Source of the DNA: a virus
DNA length: 64,000 nucleotides
Strand: one strand, 5' to 3'
UHGV virus genome: UHGV-0326994
The notes under the pieces are model-generated. The model saw only the letters and a program-made list of their open reading frames with translations, ran no database searches and was not told the DNA's origin. Shown in pieces: positions 18,073 through 26,940 of this stretch. Positions within the stretch are counted from its first letter, which is position 1. The number at the start of each line of letters is the position of its first letter. The translations under genes and the position numbers were made by a program.

Positions 18073-18336
18073 TTACTGCATATTGGCGTATGTTGCAAGC
18101 CTTTTTTCGTTGTATTTTGTCAGAATCTCACAAGATAAAACATCATATTTTGTAACTGCTTTACCTTTGTCGAGGTCAAAGAATCCGAACGCTTTACCGT
18201 CTTTGAATCCGACAACTTCGTAAGATTCTTTAACGATTTCACCATTGAACAAATCGCTTTCGATGCGGTGAAACAGTGCTACGTCTTCTTTGTCAGTTGC
18301 AATTTGTAAAAGTGTGGTCAGTTCGACGTGTTCCAT
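18073..18336 (-). CDS. hypothetical small protein (87 aa)
   Basis: ORF track; preceded by type A element. Confidence 0.5.
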   Translation of the reverse strand: MEHVELTTLLQIATDKEDVALFHRIESDLFNGEIVKESYEVVGFKDGKAFGFFDLDKGKAVTKYDVLSCEILTKYNEKRLATYANMQ

Positions 18337-18401
18337 TTCGAATCTCCAGTTTAGGATTTTATTTAGTGGGGAAGGTCATTCCCTCCCCGTTGATTGACAA
18401 T
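18337..18401 (-). repeat. conserved intergenic element, type A
   Basis: Same 60-bp sequence as 18007-18072. Confidence 0.65.
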
Positions 18402-18932
18402 TTACAGATTTTTGATTGTCTCGTCAATATCTTTTTCAATATCTTTTAAAGTTTTTTCTAAGTTCTTGATATTGAACGTTAAACCTTCACCGAGAGTCTT
18501 AGAGTAACCGCTAGGGCGTAAATCATGCAGCTTGATTTCTTCCACATTAGATAAGTTTACCATCTCACCATTTGCAGCATAGGCTATAGATACAGTGTTT
18601 TCAGGCGCGTTGTAAAATTTGTTCAAGGACTTGATAGAACGTTCATAAGCCATTTTATAACCGTTTAAAAGGCTTTTAACGTGGTTGTGAACGTTTTTAC
18701 ACTCATCCAAGTAAATTTCTAAGAATAACGGTAATAATTCCGCGACAGCTTGCATAAAGTGAGAGACTACAACGGTTGCAACATTACGACGATGAACGTA
18801 ATAAGCCCCTTTTTCTGATTTGGTAATGGTTGCGAAATGTACACCATTACAACGAAATTCATAGGTATCTTTAACAGGCTTTGACATTACAGCATTTGAA
18901 CGAATGAAGTTGATAGCTTGAAATTTGTTCAT
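18402..18932 (-). CDS. hypothetical protein (176 aa)
   Basis: ORF track; preceded by type A element. Confidence 0.55.
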   Translation of the reverse strand: MNKFQAINFIRSNAVMSKPVKDTYEFRCNGVHFATITKSEKGAYYVHRRNVATVVVSHFMQAVAELLPLFLEIYLDECKNVHNHVKSLLNGYKMAYERSIKSLNKFYNAPENTVSIAYAANGEMVNLSNVEEIKLHDLRPSGYSKTLGEGLTFNIKNLEKTLKDIEKDIDETIKNL

Positions 18933-19000
18933 TTTAGAATCTCCAGTTTAGGACTTTATTTAGTGGGGAGGTTATTGCCTTCCCGTTGATTAGTAATTTA
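18933..19000 (-). repeat. conserved intergenic element, type A variant
   Basis: Variant hairpin GGGAAGGCAATAACCTCCCC with same leader. Confidence 0.6.
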
Positions 19001-19152
19001 CTTGTTTTGATAGTCGATTGCAAGTAATTTTTTGAGCTTATCTATAAAGAATCTTTTAAGTTAATCCCTTTTAGATAAACCCCCTCGAACAAATGTACTA
19101 TTGTCAAGGGGTATCGTCAAGTGATTTTTTAAAGTTTTTTGTAAGTTATTGA

Positions 19153-19494
19153 TTAACTGATGAATATTTTTTCAGGCTTTACATAGCTGATACGCTGACT
19201 TTTTAGCAGGTCATTCCAGATTAGCGCGGCAATATGAGAATAGCCGGATTCACGTAAAAGTTTCATTGTTTTACTTCTCGTCTCAAAGCGGCTTGCGTAG
19301 TATTCACTGTTCAAGGTTGTTTTGTTCCCTTCGTTATCTGTATGGATGATTTGCATCACTTGAAAGGGGCTTACATCCTCACCTTTATTCCACTGCTCAA
19401 AGTATTTTAGGCACTGCATAGGCGATATCTTATCACTTACTTGAGTTGACCAAGATGAACCCTCTTTATCAGTAATTACAGTTACATAAGCCAT
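19153..19494 (-). CDS. hypothetical protein (113 aa)
   Basis: ORF track; preceded by type A element. Confidence 0.5.
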   Translation of the reverse strand: MAYVTVITDKEGSSWSTQVSDKISPMQCLKYFEQWNKGEDVSPFQVMQIIHTDNEGNKTTLNSEYYASRFETRSKTMKLLRESGYSHIAALIWNDLLKSQRISYVKPEKIFIS

Positions 19495-19583
19495 TTTAGA
19501 ATCTCCAGTTTAGGACTTTATTTAGTGGGGAAGGTCATTCCCTCCCCGTTGATTGACAATTTACAGATTTTTATCAGGATTGT
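19495..19583 (-). repeat. conserved intergenic element, type A
   Basis: Same sequence as 18337-18401. Confidence 0.65.
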
Positions 19584-19817
19584 CTAGTCTTTTTCAATGA
19601 TAATTTCATACTGACCATCTACGCTGTCAAAATAGACACCATCTTCATCTTCTGTCTTGAAGTAGCATTGTATGTCATCACTGGCGGGGTAGTCTTGTCT
19701 TGCTATCTGACAGACCTGAACGGCATTTTCTTTACTCCCCGTAAACTCCTCAAGCCCTTTAAAATCACATGAATGACCATTACAAATAGAAAGGATAAGA
19801 TAAACGGTTGTAAGCAT
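19584..19817 (-). CDS. hypothetical small protein (77 aa) with hydrophobic N-terminus
   Basis: ORF track; N-terminus MLTTVYLILSICNG may be a signal peptide. Confidence 0.45.
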   Translation of the reverse strand: MLTTVYLILSICNGHSCDFKGLEEFTGSKENAVQVCQIARQDYPASDDIQCYFKTEDEDGVYFDSVDGQYEIIIEKD

Positions 19818-19883
19818 GATTTAAGCCTCTTAAAAGCCCCTGTGAGGGGCTAATCAGTGTTTATAAGGTAATTGCATAGGTTT

Positions 19884-20426
19884 TTAGAAAAAACTCTTTA
19901 AATCCTCTTCTGCGATGTTTCCCGTTAGTGTGTCCATGATGTCACAAAAAACCTGAATACTGTCCGACTGTTGAACACTTTTAGCAAGTAGTTCTAATGT
20001 CTCATCAAGATAGTTCATATTTTGGTTATCCAGTGAAGGAAGACAAAAAGGTGAATACATAGCGTTAAACTCTGTTGTATAGACCTTTTTAATCCAGTTT
20101 ACATCAAAGTACTCTGTAAAACTCGCTACACTCGACATATTATCACAAGAATAATCATCATTTAGCTCATCCTCTGGAATATCGAGTTCTAAGATAACAA
20201 TATTTTGAGTCTTCATCTGAAAAGCTGCGGTGATAGTGGCATTGCCTAGAGCTTGCTGGATACCTTCAGAGATTATTTCTTCCTCATCATCGCCATAGAT
20301 TTTATTTTCTGGATACACGTAAAAATTGCCGTCCATATCCGAACAATTCCATGCGCCTGATGGTTTATCACCGTTATTAATAAGGTTGAGGAAATTTTCT
20401 TGAGTAGTACCGTGAAAACATTTCAT
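19884..20426 (-). CDS. hypothetical protein (180 aa, acidic)
   Basis: ORF track; preceded by type B element. Confidence 0.5.
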   Translation of the reverse strand: MKCFHGTTQENFLNLINNGDKPSGAWNCSDMDGNFYVYPENKIYGDDEEEIISEGIQQALGNATITAAFQMKTQNIVILELDIPEDELNDDYSCDNMSSVASFTEYFDVNWIKKVYTTEFNAMYSPFCLPSLDNQNMNYLDETLELLAKSVQQSDSIQVFCDIMDTLTGNIAEEDLKSFF

Positions 20427-20513
20427 TTTAGAATCTCCTAGTTTAAGGATTGAGTGGTAAAGCTCTTTATCTGGGGCTTACTTTATCGAACTATAAGCCC
20501 CCTGTAAAGTACT
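20427..20513 (-). repeat. conserved intergenic element, type B (promoter-like -35 TTTACA / -10 TAAAGT overlapping hairpin GGGGCTTA...TAAGCCCC)
   Basis: Minus strand reads TTTACA-17nt-TAAAGT with the 8-bp stem hairpin between; repeated at 20763, 21562, 22635, 23240, 23619, 24086. Confidence 0.6.
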
Positions 20514-20762
20514 TTATTTAACTTTCTTTGAGAAAATTAGTTTAACTGCAACCGTAGGAATCTCGTCAGCGCTTGTAACTAGCATTACTTTTTGAGTAAC
20601 CAACTTATAACCGTTCTTTGCAGCGTATGCGGTAAAACGGTTAACGTTGTAACTATAAGTTTTTGGTGTGCTATCTGGCATGTGGTAAAGAAAAGGTTTA
20701 CCCAAATTTTCTTCTTGTGTCAACAGTCGGCAGGTATCAGGTATATTGAAATAGTTCATCAT
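20514..20762 (-). CDS. hypothetical small protein (82 aa)
   Basis: ORF track. Confidence 0.45.
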   Translation of the reverse strand: MMNYFNIPDTCRLLTQEENLGKPFLYHMPDSTPKTYSYNVNRFTAYAAKNGYKLVTQKVMLVTSADEIPTVAVKLIFSKKVK

Positions 20763-20856
20763 TTTTGAATCTCCTAGTTTAAGGATTGAGTGGTAAAGCT
20801 CTTTATCTGGGGCTTAAGATATCAACTTTTAAGCCCCCTGTAAAGTACTTTATCAG
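20763..20856 (-). repeat. conserved intergenic element, type B
   Basis: Near-identical to 20427-20513. Confidence 0.6.
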
Positions 20857-21054
20857 TTATTTTTTGACAACTTTTAAAACTGCAAGATAACCTAAGCAAT
20901 AAGAATCACCGAAGAGAGTTCTCCCCATGAAAGAATCCTCTTTGATATCCTTTGCAGTGACAGTTTTTTCTACGCCGTGGGAAAGGACTACATCACCAAC
21001 TTTGATGTCTTTGATGTGTGTTGTTTCAATGGTTAAGCCGTTAATAATAGCCAT
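20857..21054 (-). CDS. hypothetical small protein (65 aa)
   Basis: ORF track. Confidence 0.4.
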   Translation of the reverse strand: MAIINGLTIETTHIKDIKVGDVVLSHGVEKTVTAKDIKEDSFMGRTLFGDSYCLGYLAVLKVVKK

Positions 21055-21156
21055 TTTAGAATCTCCTAGTTTAAGGACTTTATTTAGTGGGGAAGGTCAT
21101 TCCCTCCCCGTTGATGTGCAATTTAGCCTATCTAAAAATCAGTGTCAATAATTTTT
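21055..21156 (-). repeat. conserved intergenic element, type A
   Basis: Hairpin GGGGAGGGAATGACCTTCCCC plus leader. Confidence 0.6.
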
Positions 21157-21561
21157 TTAGAGTTCTGCGTAAATTGCATCGCAGATATTACGGAAGTCAT
21201 GATTTGACAAATTACGTTGTAACCAAGTGGCGAAGAAATCAGCGATTGCAAAATTAGCATCATACTCGACAGATAACCACACTTTAACAGCAAATCGGAA
21301 CATTTTCAAGTCTAACTCTTTATTCATTACCTTAGATTTGCCTAACATGTCGGACATCTCATATTGTGCACCGTCTAGCGTGATACCTGCTGCAACGTCA
21401 GACAATGAGTTTTTTACGTTTTCAACGTCTAAGATAACACTTTGAATCTTCCCGATAATGTTGTGCAATGTTTCATCCGGTGCTGATGATGTGATAACAT
21501 TAATCCGGTTAACGGTCAAACGTGCTTTTAAAATTGATAACTCACGGTTATTAATAGCCAT
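21157..21561 (-). CDS. hypothetical protein (134 aa)
   Basis: ORF track; start moved to MAINN because the track start is a TTG inside the conserved leader. Confidence 0.5.
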   Translation of the reverse strand: MAINNRELSILKARLTVNRINVITSSAPDETLHNIIGKIQSVILDVENVKNSLSDVAAGITLDGAQYEMSDMLGKSKVMNKELDLKMFRFAVKVWLSVEYDANFAIADFFATWLQRNLSNHDFRNICDAIYAEL

Positions 21562-21647
21562 TTTTAAGTTCTCCAATTTAGGATTGAGTGGTAAAGTTCT
21601 TTATCTGGGGCTTACTTTATCGAACTATAAGCCCCTTGTAAAGTACT
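21562..21647 (-). repeat. conserved intergenic element, type B
   Basis: Hairpin GGGGCTTA...TAAGCCCC with promoter-like hexamers. Confidence 0.6.
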
Positions 21648-21920
21648 TTATACTAAATGCAGCTTTTTACCTTTTACTATGATGTAACTAGATGCGCTAT
21701 TGCTGCATACATCTTGGTAAATTCTGCGCAAACGTCCTTCATAGTGTACTTTCCAACTGGTTGGAATCTTTTTCCCGTATCCTGTAGCAGTTTTTTGGAG
21801 TCCTGCAACTTGCCAATTTAAGATGTGTTGCTCAGCCCGTAAATCTTCAAAGCACATCACACCATCTACATAGTGACGCAAGGTGACATTTAAGGTGCGA
21901 CCGTTGTTAGTAGTATACAT
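21648..21920 (-). CDS. hypothetical small protein (90 aa)
   Basis: ORF track. Confidence 0.45.
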   Translation of the reverse strand: MYTTNNGRTLNVTLRHYVDGVMCFEDLRAEQHILNWQVAGLQKTATGYGKKIPTSWKVHYEGRLRRIYQDVCSNSASSYIIVKGKKLHLV

Positions 21921-22011
21921 TTTCAGAATCTCCTAGTTTAAGGACTTTATTTAGTGGGGAAGGTCATTCCCTCCCCGTTGATGTGTAATTTAACCCATCT
22001 AAAAATCAGTG
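21921..22011 (-). repeat. conserved intergenic element, type A
   Basis: Same as 21055-21156. Confidence 0.6.
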
Positions 22012-22344
22012 TCAACAGTTATGTTTTCGTTTGCTCAATTCTTGAACAATTACAGCATAGTAGTCTTTTAAGTCACTGATATTTAAAGCATTTATCAGAG
22101 AATTATAATCATCCACCAACTGAAAATCATCTTTGAAGATGTCACTTATCTGATAGGTTTTCGCTTTATATCTGAAGCTCATCTCTAGCCGCTTTATTTG
22201 CTCATCGCTTAAACGCTCCAGAAAGCTCCCTACAAGGTTATTGCTAACCTGTTGTGTGATTGCCTTATTTGCTAGATTATAGGCTTTATATGCCTTATAG
22301 AGCGCGAAAATGGCAATGATTGCAGTGATACCAGTCATTAACAT
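22012..22344 (-). CDS. hypothetical protein (110 aa) with N-terminal TM segment
   Basis: N-terminus MLMTGITAIIAIFALYKAY is hydrophobic. Confidence 0.45.
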   Translation of the reverse strand: MLMTGITAIIAIFALYKAYKAYNLANKAITQQVSNNLVGSFLERLSDEQIKRLEMSFRYKAKTYQISDIFKDDFQLVDDYNSLINALNISDLKDYYAVIVQELSKRKHNC

Positions 22345-22634
22345 GGTGTTTCCTCTTTACGTGATACTTTACCATTTACAGTTATCTCATAGGATTCTAA
22401 TAAATCGCTTTTAGACTTTACAGGACTTTTAAAAGTATCATCATAGATATTAACTTGCAATACAGGTTTTTTATATTCCCTGCAACTATTCCATAAGCAA
22501 ATCACTACACGACGGCCTTTTATTTTGCCGTGTAACCATTCCATAACATCATGACTATTCCTTGATGTTTCAATGAAATCAATTTTGTTAAGTAGCTTGC
22601 TTAGATTTTCCCTAACTTTATTTGATAATTTCAT
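22338..22634 (-). CDS. hypothetical protein (98 aa)
   Basis: ORF track. Confidence 0.45.
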   Translation of the reverse strand: MKLSNKVRENLSKLLNKIDFIETSRNSHDVMEWLHGKIKGRRVVICLWNSCREYKKPVLQVNIYDDTFKSPVKSKSDLLESYEITVNGKVSRKEETPC

Positions 22635-22726
22635 TTTTGAGTCTCCTAGTTTAAGGGCTTTATTTGATAAATCTCTTTATCTGGGGCTATCCTACCAGCT
22701 TGATAACCCCGTGTAAAGAAATCTAT
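22635..22726 (-). repeat. conserved intergenic element, type B variant
   Basis: Divergent copy with same leader. Confidence 0.5.
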
Positions 22727-23239
22727 TTAGTTCTTAAAGATATTCATCACTGAATCTTTCAACGATTCCAAACGTTCTAATACTTCAGTTTCTGCGTCTG
22801 AATTGCTCACCTCTTCTTTTAGTCTATCCTCTAAATCATCACCGTCACGATAGCACCAATCGAAAGCATAACCAAGATAAAAACTTTCTAAAACCGTGTT
22901 ACCGTTTGCATCCACAACTTTCGCGGCAAGGTTGTACTCTGAAGCCTCTAAATCTCTTTCGAGTTCTTTCTGTAAGCTGGTGTAAGCCTCTTTTGATGGA
23001 TTTTCCCGACCTTGTTTTGCATAGTCACTTGAAAGCTGTTTCAGGCTGTAATGTAAAGGGATTGCATATTTAAATCCATTACGCTGATAAATAGGATTTT
23101 TAACAGTAACACCGCCTTGATGGTTGTCTGTAAATTCCCAATTATCAAGGTTATGGCTTGCTTCGTAGCAATTAACAGCTTCGTAAATGATGGAAAATTT
23201 TTCTTTTACAACTTCAAAGGTAGCGTCTACAGTTTTCAT
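22727..23239 (-). CDS. hypothetical protein (170 aa)
   Basis: ORF track. Confidence 0.5.
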   Translation of the reverse strand: MKTVDATFEVVKEKFSIIYEAVNCYEASHNLDNWEFTDNHQGGVTVKNPIYQRNGFKYAIPLHYSLKQLSSDYAKQGRENPSKEAYTSLQKELERDLEASEYNLAAKVVDANGNTVLESFYLGYAFDWCYRDGDDLEDRLKEEVSNSDAETEVLERLESLKDSVMNIFKN

Positions 23240-23324
23240 TTTTGAATCTCCAGTTTAGGATTTAGTGGTAAAGCTCTTTATCTGGGGCTTAAGATATCAA
23301 CTTTTAAGCCCCTTGTAAAGTACT
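23240..23324 (-). repeat. conserved intergenic element, type B
   Basis: Near-identical to 20763-20856. Confidence 0.6.
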
Positions 23325-23618
23325 TTATTTGTTAATTTTCAGCTTTGCATAACCTCTCATTGTACGGATGGGCGATGTTAAGGCCATGCGTCTGATATAT
23401 GCCTTTTTCGTGTATACGCTTGTCTTCCCGATAGTGTTTACACATGTAAAAAGGTTTACCGGTGAATTTTTTAACTTCAACTGCTTATCAGCCTTCACGC
23501 CCCACCTTACAGCGGATTGTTTCCCGTTGTCAATCACTTTCCCGCATAACTTTTTAGCTATGTTGCGAGCGTCATCACGAGTCTTTGCAGTAATTACAAC
23601 GTTTTTGATAATAGCCAT
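23325..23618 (-). CDS. hypothetical protein (97 aa)
   Basis: ORF track start trimmed to MAIIKN; shares MAI- N-terminus with ORF 21157-21561. Confidence 0.45.
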   Translation of the reverse strand: MAIIKNVVITAKTRDDARNIAKKLCGKVIDNGKQSAVRWGVKADKQLKLKNSPVNLFTCVNTIGKTSVYTKKAYIRRMALTSPIRTMRGYAKLKINK

Positions 23619-23704
23619 TTTTAAGTTCTCCAATTTAGGATTGAGTGGTAAAGCTCTTTATCTGGGGCTTACTTTATCGAACTATAAGCCCCTTGTAAAG
23701 TACT
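23619..23704 (-). repeat. conserved intergenic element, type B
   Basis: Near-identical to 21562-21647. Confidence 0.6.
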
Positions 23705-24085
23705 TTATTTAATTTTGAAAATTGTTACATAACCATCACTACCGATTATTTGAGACACTCCAGCTTTTTCTACTTGATAGCCCATATTTTCAAGATGATA
23801 AACAGCATCATCATAACCATATGCGCCGCCTTGATAACGTCTCTTATCGCATCTTACTAATACCTTTCCACGTCCAGCAAGTGCATTCAGTACAGCTTTT
23901 TCACTTGAGAGTGTGCCATCTAACATGGTTGCCGTGTAATGGTTGATTCTATTCCCGTTTACATCATACTTAAAATTGTATGCGTGAACAACAATAACGT
24001 TGCCTTTGAAATTTTCATCAAGTGACTTCTCCAGTACTTTGCGAAAGTTGTCTTTGTTGATGAATTTCGGTGCACGATAAGCCAT
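23705..24085 (-). CDS. hypothetical protein (126 aa)
   Basis: ORF track. Confidence 0.5.
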   Translation of the reverse strand: MAYRAPKFINKDNFRKVLEKSLDENFKGNVIVVHAYNFKYDVNGNRINHYTATMLDGTLSSEKAVLNALAGRGKVLVRCDKRRYQGGAYGYDDAVYHLENMGYQVEKAGVSQIIGSDGYVTIFKIK

Positions 24086-24174
24086 TTTTGAATCTCCTAG
24101 TTTAAGGTTAGTTAGTAAAGCTCTTTATCTGGGGCTTACTTTATCGAACTATAAGCCCCTTGTAAAGTACTTTA
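24086..24174 (-). repeat. conserved intergenic element, type B
   Basis: Same repeat family. Confidence 0.6.
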
Positions 24175-24381
24175 TTAGATATTGTAGTAATAAACTGCTG
24201 TCTGTCTTATGTACTTTCTTGTATTTCTTGTAAGGTAGCAATTAGAGTTTATAGCTGTTTCTACATAGTTGCAATAGTCAGCTTCTGATATTCTGGACCA
24301 TACGTCACAGATTTTCATGTAAAAACGTTTTACCTTTGTGTTAACGTTAGTTGTAACCATCAATTCGCGACTGTACAGCAT
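24175..24381 (-). CDS. hypothetical small protein (68 aa)
   Basis: ORF track; first gene downstream of the 24.4-24.9 kb regulatory intergenic region. Confidence 0.4.
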   Translation of the reverse strand: MLYSRELMVTTNVNTKVKRFYMKICDVWSRISEADYCNYVETAINSNCYLTRNTRKYIRQTAVYYYNI

Positions 24382-24639
24382 TTTTAGATTCTCCAGTTTA
24401 GGAAGTGGGCTTGATTGCCCGTCTGATGCAAATATTAGATAACCATACTCAAAGAGTCAATAGGAATTTTAAAAATATTTTTGGCAAAAATGTAATGAAA
24501 CGGGTGCGCGCGAATACCACAAAACAGAACACAAATCAAGAATTATTTTCCAATCCGCTACAAATTTTTCTGTTGACTTTTCTTTTCGGATGTGGTAGCC
24601 TTGTGAGAAATGGCGACATTCCCACCTGCACCCACCTAC

Positions 24640-24815
24640 CTGCACAATTCTAAAATGATTTTTCTTGCCCGACCTGAGCGGGGTCTGCACGTTTTGAAAA
24701 TAAAAAAGCTCTTTGGAGATTATCTGCACAGTTTGAAAATGAATTTTCTCTTTGGAGTTCAAAATTTTCTCTACAGATTTCTCTAGAGAAATACACCTGC
24801 ACAATCCTGAAATAA
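24640..24815. repeat. four direct repeats of a 19-bp motif CTGCAC[AG]NT[TC][CT]TGAAAAT
   Basis: Copies near 24641, 24688, 24725, 24797 within the 500-bp intergenic region. Confidence 0.5.
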
Positions 24816-24888
24816 AAAAGCCCTCCTTACCTGAAAAATTTACCAGATAAGAAAGGCTTAGTCTATTGTGAATATCCTACAGAGTTTC

Positions 24889-25674
24889 TTAGTTCTTTGC
24901 GTCTAAGAAGGTAACTTCCGGTGAAGAGAAAATTTCCTCAACATCCTCATCAGTTCTTGCATAGATATATGTATCTGCATCACTGCCAAATGTTACTGCA
25001 ATCCTGTGATTGTTCTTTGACAGGTGGGTAACTAGAGCGTTACTTAGAGACATCTTTTCAACCGGAGGGTTACTTTGATGTATCTTGCCTTTTCTTCGTC
25101 TGAAGAGGGTAACTGCATCATTAGTGAACACTACTACACCTGCAAAGTATTCTGGTTCACAGTAGTTCTTCCAACCTGAGCGTAACTTGTGGTACATCTC
25201 TCCTTCGTAGACATACAGATACACATCTACACTCTTCATCACCTGATTGATAATAACTGTGACAGCTTGAGGGTCAAGTCCACCGATTCCTGCGCCAATC
25301 ATAGGTAAACCAACTTTCTTTAACTGGTTCACTTCACAGTATCTGTTGAGCTGGTTCAAAGATGACTCTAAAGCACTGTATCGGGCATCTTTACCAGTCT
25401 TAAGCTGAGTGTAAAGGTTAGCTATACGACCTTGTTTTAAACGTGCTACAGAGAAATTACCTAGCAAATTTTCACAGGGTTTGTGGCCTATACCACCTGC
25501 ATACAGATAAACTTCTGTATCAGTCTCATATGCTTTTGGGTAAAGTTTAGAAATCTTGTCAGCGATACCTGCACCCATTAAGTTCATACAGTTGCAACCG
25601 TGACCGATGACGTCAAACTTACCTTTATCAAATGCTGCAAAGATATCACCATTGATGATTTTTACAATACCCAT
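24889..25674 (-). CDS. macro domain (ADP-ribose binding/hydrolase-like) protein with C-terminal extension
   Basis: N-terminal motifs IINGDIF, VIGHGCNCMNLMGAGIA and LPMIGAGIGGLD match macro-domain signature blocks. Confidence 0.65.
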   Translation of the reverse strand: MGIVKIINGDIFAAFDKGKFDVIGHGCNCMNLMGAGIADKISKLYPKAYETDTEVYLYAGGIGHKPCENLLGNFSVARLKQGRIANLYTQLKTGKDARYSALESSLNQLNRYCEVNQLKKVGLPMIGAGIGGLDPQAVTVIINQVMKSVDVYLYVYEGEMYHKLRSGWKNYCEPEYFAGVVVFTNDAVTLFRRRKGKIHQSNPPVEKMSLSNALVTHLSKNNHRIAVTFGSDADTYIYARTDEDVEEIFSSPEVTFLDAKN

Positions 25675-25875
25675 TTAACATCTCTCCCAAGATTCTTTAT
25701 CTTCTGAAGGTTTTACACGTTGTCCTTCGTGGTCTACCCAGATACACCCGCAGCCTTCACAGATTACTGGCATTGCATAACCAGCTTTAAAGTCATCTTC
25801 AGTGATAAGACCTTTTAAGTCTCCTGTATCACGTCCGAACATTTCGATAGAACAGTCTTTGCAGAAGTCAGCCAC
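25675..25875 (-). CDS. hypothetical Cys-rich small protein (66 aa)
   Basis: CKDC...CEGCGC pattern suggests zinc binding. Confidence 0.45.
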   Translation of the reverse strand: MADFCKDCSIEMFGRDTGDLKGLITEDDFKAGYAMPVICEGCGCIWVDHEGQRVKPSEDKESWERC

Positions 25876-26101
25876 GAATAATTACCTCTTGAGTGATAAT
25901 ACCTTTACCACAACGACTTTTAAAATCTTCTAATGGTTCAGAGAAGAAGTCACGGAAATGGTTACTATACTCACGTTTCAGCACCTTCTTGTAAGTTAAC
26001 ACATCTTTTTCTGCAAACGGGATGACTTCATTTCTCCCTATGAATACTGCTGAACTTACAATCTTACGAGTCTTTTTATTTCTGGCTAGTATTACTTTCA
26101 T
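25868..26101 (-). CDS. hypothetical protein (77 aa)
   Basis: ORF track. Confidence 0.4.
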   Translation of the reverse strand: MKVILARNKKTRKIVSSAVFIGRNEVIPFAEKDVLTYKKVLKREYSNHFRDFFSEPLEDFKSRCGKGIITQEVIIRG

Positions 26102-26402
26102 AGTTTACCTTCTCAGTTAGCTCATATAAATCAACATGCTCAATACTGTCAATGTTGATATTAATCTTTTTGAAACGTTCTATCACTTCGTTGTCAGTCA
26201 TCCATATTAGACACCAATGATTCTGAATGGATTCTTCAAGAAGGTCAACACAATCTTTAAAAGTTTTTGTATCACTTCTTGTTCCGACTACTGCGATTGT
26301 TCCATATAACCACTTACCATTACCATAGGTTACTTGTGCTACACCAACTTCTTTATCGTTCTCATAGTAAACGGCTACAAAGTCTCTCCCATTAATCTTC
26401 AT
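26076..26402 (-). CDS. hypothetical protein (108 aa)
   Basis: ORF track. Confidence 0.45.
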   Translation of the reverse strand: MKINGRDFVAVYYENDKEVGVAQVTYGNGKWLYGTIAVVGTRSDTKTFKDCVDLLEESIQNHWCLIWMTDNEVIERFKKININIDSIEHVDLYELTEKVNYESNTSQK

Positions 26403-26404
26403 AG

Positions 26405-26674
26405 TTACTTCCTCGTTTTAAGAACTGCTAAGATTTCTTTAGAGTCTGGTAAGAACCATGTGTAGTGATTCTCTTTGATTTCTGGATGAGTGTCAACCTT
26501 TATTTTGCAGTCTTTACCAACATGCTTAAGCTGTGCTGTGACACCCTGCATAAAGATATGACACATCACATTATCCATAATGGTTGGTATGAAGTCAATT
26601 CGCATATAAGTTTCTTTTGGTCGTGGTAACAGTAAGTACCCTTCTACGTAAAAAGTATCTTCATTCTCTGTCAT
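26405..26674 (-). CDS. hypothetical protein (89 aa)
   Basis: ORF track. Confidence 0.45.
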   Translation of the reverse strand: MTENEDTFYVEGYLLLPRPKETYMRIDFIPTIMDNVMCHIFMQGVTAQLKHVGKDCKIKVDTHPEIKENHYTWFLPDSKEILAVLKTRK

Positions 26675-26940
26675 TACTGTTTATTTCCTAATAAAATCAT
26701 ATCAATAAGGTTGTTAGCTTTGATTGTACACTGGTAGAATCCATCACGATAAAACTCTAGGGCTGCTGCCACATCACTACCAGTATTACCTTTGATAGTG
26801 AATCTTGAGTCTTCTTGAGTGTACTTATCACTCTCACTTACTTGGGAGTTTTTGAATGTACTGCTCACTTTGTTCGTTGAACACCCTGACATAATTATCA
26901 GTAACACAAACATTATAAAACTCTGGCTTAGTTTTTTCAT
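26674..26940 (-). CDS. putative outer-membrane lipoprotein (o-spanin-like)
   Basis: Signal peptide with lipobox (LLIIMSGC); start lies inside the 3' end of the upstream TM-protein gene in another frame. Confidence 0.4.
   Translation of the reverse strand: MKKLSQSFIMFVLLIIMSGCSTNKVSSTFKNSQVSESDKYTQEDSRFTIKGNTGSDVAAALEFYRDGFYQCTIKANNLIDMILLGNKQ

Noticed and set aside
24469-24804. ORF 24469-24804 (-) of 111 aa
   Set aside because: Lies entirely inside the repeat-containing regulatory intergenic region; no RBS; composition driven by the 19-bp repeats
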